Positions 1-4,918 of a stretch of 4,918 bases of DNA are shown piece after piece (position 1 is the first letter of the stretch; every line of letters begins with the position of its first letter). The stretch lies in IMG/VR virus record IMGVR_UViG_3300001149_000098, one strand, 5' to 3'. The notes beneath the pieces were generated by a model. It did not search any database. It saw only the letters and a program-made list of their open reading frames with translations, and was not told the DNA's origin. The stretch comes from a virus (lineage: Duplodnaviria > Heunggongvirae > Uroviricota > Caudoviricetes). A program made the translations under genes and the position numbers.

Positions 1-1215
1 ATGAAGATCGTAAAGGCTGAAGTTTTTGTTACCTGTCCGGGGCGTAATTTCGTCACATTAAAAATCACCACTGAGGACGGTATTACGGGCCTTGGGGATG
101 CCACCCTCAATGGACGTGAGCTTTCCGTGGCCTCTTATTTGCAGGATCACCTTTGTCCGCAGCTTATTGGTCGCGATGCGCACCGTATCGAAGATATCTG
201 GCAGTTTTTCTATAAAGGTGCTTACTGGCGTCGCGGTCCGGTTACGATGTCGGCCATTTCAGCGGTTGATATGGCGCTGTGGGATATTAAAGCCAAAGCT
301 GCCAACATGCCGCTTTACCAGTTACTCGGCGGCGCGTCTCGTGAAGGGGTGATGGTTTATTGCCATACCACCGGTCACAGTATTGATGAAGCTCTGGATG
401 ATTATGCCCGTCATCAGGAGCTGGGATTCAAAGCCATCCGCGTGCAGTGCGGAATCCCTGGTATGAAAACCACCTACGGCATGTCGAAAGGTAAAGGTCT
501 GGCTTATGAACCCGCAACCAAAGGACAGTGGCCGGAAGAGCAGCTGTGGTCGACGGAGAAATACCTCGATTTCATGCCGAAATTGTTTGACGCGGTACGT
601 AACAAGTTTGGTTTTAATGAACATTTGCTGCATGACATGCACCATCGCTTAACGCCTATTGAAGCGGCGCGCTTTGGTAAAAGCATTGAAGATTATCGCA
701 TGTTCTGGATGGAAGACCCGACGCCTGCGGAAAACCAGGAATGCTTCCGTCTCATTCGCCAACATACCGTCACACCCATCGCAGTGGGTGAAGTCTTCAA
801 CAGCATCTGGGACTGCAAACAACTGATTGAAGAGCAACTCATCGATTATATCCGCACCACGCTGACCCATGCAGGCGGAATTACCGGTATGCGCCGGATT
901 GCCGATTTTGCTTCGCTGTATCAGGTACGTACTGGCTCACACGGTCCTTCCGATTTGTCACCAGTCTGCATGGCTGCGGCGCTGCACTTTGATCTGTGGG
1001 TCCCCAATTTCGGTGTCCAGGAATACATGGGTTATTCCGAACAAATGCTCGAAGTCTTCCCGCACAACTGGACTTTCGATAACGGCTATATGCATCCGGG
1101 AGACAAACCGGGTCTTGGTATCGAATTCGATGAAAAGCTGGCGGCGAAATATCCCTATGAACCTGCTTATCTACCAGTCGCACGTCTGGAAGATGGCACG
1201 CTGTGGAACTGGTAA
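1..1215 (+). CDS. rspA: Starvation-sensing protein RspA; enolase-superfamily D-mannonate dehydratase (ManD) family, 404 aa
   Basis: Complete 404-aa ORF starting at window position 1 (ATG) with TAA stop at 1213-1215. The protein is recognised from memory as essentially identical to E. coli RspA; not confirmed by search. Followed 11 nt downstream by rspB, as expected for the rspAB operon. Confidence 0.93.
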
Positions 1216-1219
1216 GGAG
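1214..1219 (+). promoter_or_regulatory. Shine-Dalgarno sequence (AAGGAG) for rspB, overlapping the rspA stop codon
   Basis: AAGGAG at 1214-1219, 7 nt upstream of the rspB ATG at 1227. The rspA stop TAA (1213-1215) overlaps it, indicating an operon with tight translational arrangement. Confidence 0.8.
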
Positions 1220-1226
1220 TAAGATA

Positions 1227-2246
1227 ATGAAAAGCATATTAATTGAAAAACCGAATCAACTGGCGATTGTCGAACGTGAAATACCCACCCCGTCAGCGGG
1301 TGAAGTACGAGTAAAAGTGAAACTTGCCGGAATTTGTGGTTCAGATAGCCATATTTATCGTGGGCATAATCCTTTTGCGAAATATCCGCGCGTCATTGGT
1401 CATGAATTCTTTGGCGTCATTGATGCAGTGGGTGAAGGCGTGGAAAGCGCCAGAGTCGGTGAACGTGTTGCTGTCGATCCGGTGGTCAGCTGTGGGCATT
1501 GCTATCCGTGCTCTATAGGTAAACCGAACGTTTGTACGACACTGGCTGTATTAGGTGTGCACGCTGACGGTGGTTTCAGTGAATATGCCGTGGTTCCGGC
1601 AAAAAATGCGTGGAAAATTCCTGAAGCAGTGGCCGATCAATATGCGGTAATGATCGAACCTTTTACCATTGCGGCTAACGTAACCGGACATGGTCAACCG
1701 ACTGAAAATGATACCGTTCTGGTTTATGGTGCCGGTCCAATCGGCCTGACGATCGTTCAGGTATTAAAAGGCGTCTATAACGTTAAAAATGTGATTGTTG
1801 CCGATCGCATTGATGAACGACTGGAAAAAGCGAAAGAGAGCGGGGCTGACTGGGCGATTAATAACAGCCAGACACCGCTTGGCGAGATTTTCACTGAAAA
1901 AGGCATCAAGCCGACATTAATTATTGATGCGGCTTGTCATCCTTCTATCCTGAAAGAGGCCGTAACGCTGGCTTCTCCAGCGGCACGTATTGTATTGATG
2001 GGTTTCTCCAGTGAACCGTCTGAAGTGATTCAGCAAGGAATTACCGGAAAAGAACTCTCTATTTTCTCTTCACGCTTAAATGCAAATAAATTCCCGGTCG
2101 TTATCGACTGGTTAAGTAAAGGGTTAATTAAACCAGAAAAATTAATTACCCATACGTTTGATTTCCAGCATGTTGCTGATGCCATTAGTTTATTTGAACA
2201 GGATCAAAAACATTGCTGCAAAGTCTTACTCACTTTTTCTGAATAA
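1227..2246 (+). CDS. rspB: Starvation-sensing protein RspB; zinc-dependent medium-chain dehydrogenase/reductase (reported L-gulonate 5-dehydrogenase activity), 339 aa
   Basis: The ORF track opens this frame at a GTG at 1203, but the ATG at 1227 has a strong SD and gives 339 aa (MKSILIEK...). Zn-ADH hallmarks are visible: catalytic Cys/His (GICGSDSH, GHEFFG), a structural-zinc Cys cluster (CGHCYPCSIGKPNVC) and a Rossmann GxGxxG motif (VLVYGAGPIGL). Synteny with rspA. Confidence 0.92.
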   Translation: MKSILIEKPNQLAIVEREIPTPSAGEVRVKVKLAGICGSDSHIYRGHNPFAKYPRVIGHEFFGVIDAVGEGVESARVGERVAVDPVVSCGHCYPCSIGKPNVCTTLAVLGVHADGGFSEYAVVPAKNAWKIPEAVADQYAVMIEPFTIAANVTGHGQPTENDTVLVYGAGPIGLTIVQVLKGVYNVKNVIVADRIDERLEKAKESGADWAINNSQTPLGEIFTEKGIKPTLIIDAACHPSILKEAVTLASPAARIVLMGFSSEPSEVIQQGITGKELSIFSSRLNANKFPVVIDWLSKGLIKPEKLITHTFDFQHVADAISLFEQDQKHCCKVLLTFSE

Positions 2247-2303
2247 TACCAATAACGGCGAGTAAGTAGTACGCATCTTACCTCTTTTTTAGAGATAACC
2301 ATT

Positions 2304-2408
2304 ATGACAATAGAAAAACACGAAAGAAGCACTAAGGATTTGGTGAAAGCAGCAGTATCGGGATGGCTGGGCACTGCGCTTGAATTTATGGATTTCAAGA
2401 GTCATTAG
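2304..2408 (+). pseudogene. ydfJ: 5' fragment (34 codons) of an MFS-family transporter gene (ydfJ-like), truncated by prophage insertion
   Basis: ATG at 2304 with a weak purine-rich stretch upstream. Translation MTIEKHERSTKDLVKAAVSGWLGTALEFMDFKSH* contains the N-terminal motif typical of ProP/ShiA/KgtP-type metabolite:H+ symporters (..G..G...E..DF) and then stops at TAG 2406-2408, at the boundary with AT-rich prophage DNA. Synteny downstream of rspB matches the known Qin-interrupted ydfJ of E. coli K-12 (recalled, not searched). Confidence 0.6.
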
Positions 2409-2440
2409 TGTTAACTATTTGATAAATATTAAATTAATTT
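2395..2440. other. Predicted prophage-chromosome junction (att core region) between the ydfJ stub and the integrase 3' end
   Basis: The host-like transporter reading frame ends at 2408 and the integrase stop is at 2434-2436. The intervening DNA is strongly AT-rich (tgttaactatttgataaatattaaattaattttt) and contains an IHF-consensus-like 13-mer on the - strand (2412-2424). The exact core cannot be defined without the other prophage end. Confidence 0.45.
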
Positions 2441-3728
2441 TTCATTGCTTCGTTATGGGGCATGGTTGGGGCAAACTCGCTTAACTGTGTATTTAACAAA
2501 GCTACCTGTGCATTATTGTTTTCAGACATCCATTTTCCGTATACCTGAAATACCATTTGCGCATCTGCATGGCCCATCTGGTTTGCTATAAATGCCGGGT
2601 TAGCACCAGCTGTCAGCGACCAGCAGGCATAAGTATGTCTCGACTGATATGATTTTCGATGGCGGAGTCCGGCACGTTTTATCGCTGCGTCCCACATCTG
2701 CCTTATTGAGTCAACGGTAAAATGGTCACCATAATTTTTTACTCTCGCTGACACTTCAGGTTGAAAAACAAAGGTGCATTTTGTTTTTCTGTTCTGCCAT
2801 ACTCTCTGAGGTGAACATCAATGATATGCTCTTTGCTCAGTCTCGTTAATGTCATCTGACTCCGGAGAGCGTCGATTGCTGGCTTAATAAGATGAATGAC
2901 CCGATTGGTTCCCGCCTGTGTTTTTGGTACCGTGAAACGGTCTTTTGCTAAATTTCTCCTGATCATCATTGTTCCATTTTTCAGATCTATGTCCTCCCAT
3001 CCAAGTGCACACAGCTCACCAGGGCGAATGCCAGTATAAACAGAAACACACCATAAATTTTTTGCTTGCTGATTTCTGCACGCATCGATAAGACGGATAA
3101 ATTCCTCCCGCGAAAGAGGATCCGGAATGGTTCTTGATTCCTTTAATGGCGAGATCCCCTTAAACGGATTATCTGCCAGGTAACCGTTATCAACACCAAA
3201 CTGGAACACGGCGTTAAGATTTGTCATGTAATTATTTACAGTTACAGCCGATCTCCCTGGTTGTGTAACAATATAGTTACTTTTGGGGATCTGGTATCCA
3301 GTCAGTAGCTCTTTACGAACCTCCAGTAATTTTTCTTTATTAATCGATGAGGCAAGATTTTTTTCACCGATTATGCTCAGGATATTTTTGATGACGGCAC
3401 GGTATGTGTTGAGTGATGTTTTGGCGACTTCAGTTTCTTTTAGTGCCAGAAATTTTTCAGCCAGTTCTTTTATGGTTAAATCTTGTCGGGCCTCACCAAA
3501 TTTTTCCAGATTGCGTGAGGAGGGAAACTGTTTTGCATAGTCGAAAACACCAGTTTTTATTGCGTAACAAACAGAGGCGCGTAGTTCACCTGCAACGCGC
3601 CTGTTTTTTGCTGTGTCAGGAACCCCCAGATTTTCCCTGACTCTTACGCCTTTATAAACAAACCAGATACGTAATTTCCCTCCATGGTTTTCCACGCCTG
3701 TCGGATATTTCATTTCAACTTCTCTCAT
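2434..3728 (-). pseudogene. intQ: Phage tyrosine integrase (IntQ/IntR-like, N-terminal arm-binding domain), disrupted by a frameshift into 329-aa and 106-aa frames
   Basis: The 329-aa frame (2739..3728) has an N-terminal MKYPTGVE..GKLRIWF arm-binding-type motif, box I Arg (TGIRPGE) and the conserved Lys (PKTQAG). The 106-aa frame (2434..2754) has box II (SRHTYACW) and the His/Tyr nucleophile region (GHADAQMVFQVYGKW). The frames overlap at 2739-2754 and differ by one base. The shift must lie within 2742..2817 and probably sits in an A5 or T5 run (2764-2768 or 2784-2788 on the + strand). The start may be the second ATG at 3713 (MKYPTGVE), which has a better purine-rich stretch upstream. Confidence 0.85.
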
Positions 3729-3747
3729 TAGTTAGTGTGGCTTTTAG

Positions 3748-3885
3748 TCAAGTAAGATGACGTCTTGGTCTCGCTGATGCCTGGCGCTCAATCCAGCGAT
3801 CAATTTCTTCCAGGTTGTAAAAGCATGGACTGTTATCCCATGGCATACCGTCATGAGCGACATGCTTATATTCCCTTCCTTCCAT
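3748..3885 (-). CDS. Excisionase-like small protein (DUF1233-type pattern); 45 aa from the first ATG, with the open frame extending upstream to 3966 without a canonical start
   Basis: Hand translation of the - strand gives MEGREYKHVAHDGMPWDNSPCFYNLEEIDRWIERQASARPRRHLT*, with stop TGA at 3748-3750, 19 nt upstream of the int start in the same orientation (classic xis-int arrangement). The W.EG.EY...DG...FYN.EEIDRWI pattern resembles putative excisionases. The same frame continues upstream as RHVSEEQLIALKGIKKGTLKKAREKSF with no ATG, GTG or TTG. Confidence 0.5.
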   Translation of the reverse strand: MEGREYKHVAHDGMPWDNSPCFYNLEEIDRWIERQASARPRRHLT

Positions 3886-3941
3886 AAACGATTTTTCCCG
3901 GGCCTTTTTTAACGTACCTTTTTTTATTCCTTTCAGCGCAA

Positions 3942-4448
3942 TTAACTGCTCTTCGGATACATGGCGTTAACTTCTGGCATTTTCATCAACGCTTCAACGA
4001 TATGTCCGTCGAATGTTGCCATGTCTTCCTGCAACAATTCCTGTGCGCTAATAACCATATCAACGGTGATGTTTTCACATGTGTCGAACTTAACCATGAC
4101 AGCGTTCTGTACTTCAGGGGCCAGCTTGTCAAAAGTGACGTTCATCGGATCGGATTCAGTCTCAACCGGGACAAAAGAAGCAGACTCCTCATCCCAGCGG
4201 TTTTCCTGCATATATTCAGCATCCCATGAATCGAGGGCAGGGCGGGGTATGCCAGGTTTATCCTCGCAGACAATAAATTTATAAGCGCAGTCCTGAGCAG
4301 CCGGATAATGTTCCAGGAACTGCCAGTGAAATTTTGCTCGAGCACGGCGTTCGTCGCCAGCTTCAATGGCTGTGGCTACAGCCACAGCGCCTTCTTCCCT
4401 TGTTGCCAGTTCGTCAGGAATAGCGGCGCAAATAAAGACTTTACTCAT
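3942..4448 (-). CDS. Highly acidic 168-aa prophage protein of unknown function (positional counterpart of Qin ydfE)
   Basis: ORF 3942..4448 with ATG at 4448-4446 preceded by GAGG about 9 nt upstream. Hand count gives about 32 Asp+Glu against 14 Lys+Arg, with no obvious transmembrane segment or catalytic motif. It lies between ydfD and the xis-like ORF, co-oriented with the dicB operon. Confidence 0.65.
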   Translation of the reverse strand: MSKVFICAAIPDELATREEGAVAVATAIEAGDERRARAKFHWQFLEHYPAAQDCAYKFIVCEDKPGIPRPALDSWDAEYMQENRWDEESASFVPVETESDPMNVTFDKLAPEVQNAVMVKFDTCENITVDMVISAQELLQEDMATFDGHIVEALMKMPEVNAMYPKSS

Positions 4449-4541
4449 TTTGTTTTAACCTCATGACAGATTTAAGGATGAACAAATCCCTGCCATTGCT
4501 GGCATATAAGAATGAAACCGGATATTTATTACGGAACTGTT

Positions 4542-4733
4542 TTAAAGACCTGCCGGGATTTCGATATTATCCTGGTGAATAACTTTATCGACCGGGTAAC
4601 AGTTACCGGGAATTTTCTGTTCGGTTGCTGCAGTCATACACTCCTGCATTGTCCTGTGAACACTGTCTGCAATATCAACTGGCTCTCCGGAAACAAGAAA
4701 AACTGTCAGAACAAGCGCAAATGCTGAATTCAT
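4542..4733 (-). CDS. ydfD: Qin-prophage small lysis protein YdfD, 63 aa, with N-terminal hydrophobic segment
   Basis: The ORF track gives an 81-aa frame (4542..4787). The ATG at 4733-4731 (MNSAFALVLTVFLVSGEPV...) is preceded by AAGGA about 8 nt upstream and yields 63 aa, the known size of YdfD. Its start overlaps the dicB stop as ATGA. The N-terminal hydrophobic stretch fits a membrane-acting lysis protein. Confidence 0.7.
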   Translation of the reverse strand: MNSAFALVLTVFLVSGEPVDIADSVHRTMQECMTAATEQKIPGNCYPVDKVIHQDNIEIPAGL

Positions 4734-4918
4734 TGTGTACATCCTTTTGGCATCAGACGTAAACGAGCCAGCATTGAAACAATGCATATTTTATTTAATA
4801 GCTCCCGTTCTTGTTTTCTCTTGTTAATGGCATCTTCAGTAAATACAGGGTTACTGATAGTGACACCAATTTCAAAACAACCTTCAGACGTATTAACGTT
4901 TGGTAATAACGTTTTCAT
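4730..4918 (-). CDS. dicB: Cell-division inhibitor DicB (MinC-dependent), 62 aa
   Basis: 62-aa ORF starting with ATG at 4918-4916 (the window edge) and ending at TGA 4732-4730. The sequence MKTLLPNVNTSEGCFEIGVTISNPVF... is recognised from memory as DicB; size and position immediately upstream of ydfD match the Qin dicB operon. The upstream dicF sRNA would lie beyond the window. Confidence 0.75.
   Translation of the reverse strand: MKTLLPNVNTSEGCFEIGVTISNPVFTEDAINKRKQERELLNKICIVSMLARLRLMPKGCTQ

Larger units (their letters stand above)
2409..4918. mobile_element. Integrase-proximal end of a Qin-like cryptic lambdoid prophage (continues beyond the window end)
   Basis: Contiguous - strand block of int (frameshifted), an xis-like ORF, an acidic ORF, ydfD and dicB. 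It is visibly more AT-rich than the rspAB region and is inserted within a transporter gene. Confidence 0.8.

Noticed and set aside
1203-1226. GTG start at 1203 extending rspB by 8 codons (MELVRSKI)
   Set aside because: It would start inside rspA and overlap the SD. The ATG at 1227 with AAGGAG 7 nt upstream gives the expected 339-aa protein.
92-1237. Several ORFs of 60-118 aa in other frames or antisense within rspA (92..352 +, 322..645 -, 504..686 -, 649..870 -, 869..1222 +, 881..1237 -)
   Set aside because: They are fully embedded in the well-supported rspA reading frame, lack RBS and recognisable motifs, and are typical spurious overlap ORFs.
1324-1518. 64-aa + strand ORF inside rspB
   Set aside because: Alternative frame inside a strongly supported CDS with no independent signal.
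2262-2290. Possible intrinsic terminator after rspB (GTAAG...CTTAC stem followed by T6)
   Set aside because: Only a 5-bp AT-rich stem with a 10-nt loop, too weak to call. The region may simply be the upstream leader of the transporter gene.
2204-2398. 64-aa - strand ORF spanning the rspB end, intergenic region and transporter stub
   Set aside because: Antisense to the rspB 3' end and the ydfJ-like start, with no RBS. The + strand interpretation explains the region better.
2247-2433. tRNA gene as integration target
   Set aside because: No tRNA-like cloverleaf or conserved T-loop sequence is seen. The target appears to be the transporter coding sequence.
3283-3640. + strand ORFs of 85 and 75 aa within the integrase region
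   Set aside because: Antisense to the integrase coding sequence, low complexity and no motifs.
3729-3941. Possible IS element between the acidic ORF and the integrase (K-12 Qin carries an IS2 near here)
   Set aside because: Only about 213 bp are present and they are explained by the xis-like frame. No transposase ORF or IS terminal inverted repeats are seen, so this copy lacks the IS.
3961-4366. ORFs of 107 aa and 75 aa on the + strand and 74 aa on the - strand overlapping the acidic 168-aa ORF
   Set aside because: Embedded in or overlapping a longer ORF that has a good RBS, with no supporting signals of their own.
4512-4727. 71-aa + strand ORF antisense to ydfD
   Set aside because: Entirely overlaps ydfD on the opposite strand. 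ydfD is supported by an RBS, coupling to dicB and the expected size.
1-4918. CRISPR array or other short tandem repeat structure
   Set aside because: No regularly spaced direct repeats were detected on reading the sequence.

Overview
This window spans the junction between a chromosomal sugar-acid catabolic locus and the integrase end of a Qin-like cryptic lambdoid prophage, in an Escherichia/Shigella-type genome. On the + strand, rspA (1..1215) and rspB (1227..2246) are complete, followed by a 34-codon 5' stub of an MFS transporter gene (ydfJ-like, 2304..2408) that ends abruptly where AT-rich prophage DNA begins. On the - strand, reading 5'->3' from the window end, lie dicB (62 aa), ydfD (63 aa, start overlapping the dicB stop), a very acidic 168-aa ORF, a short excisionase-like ORF, and a tyrosine integrase split into two frames by a frameshift. 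No rRNA, tRNA, CRISPR array or IS element is visible. Gene names come from recalled sequence, length and synteny; no database search was possible. The most notable points are the defective integrase, the excisionase-like frame with no canonical start, the acidic protein of unknown function, and the coupled dicB-ydfD pair.
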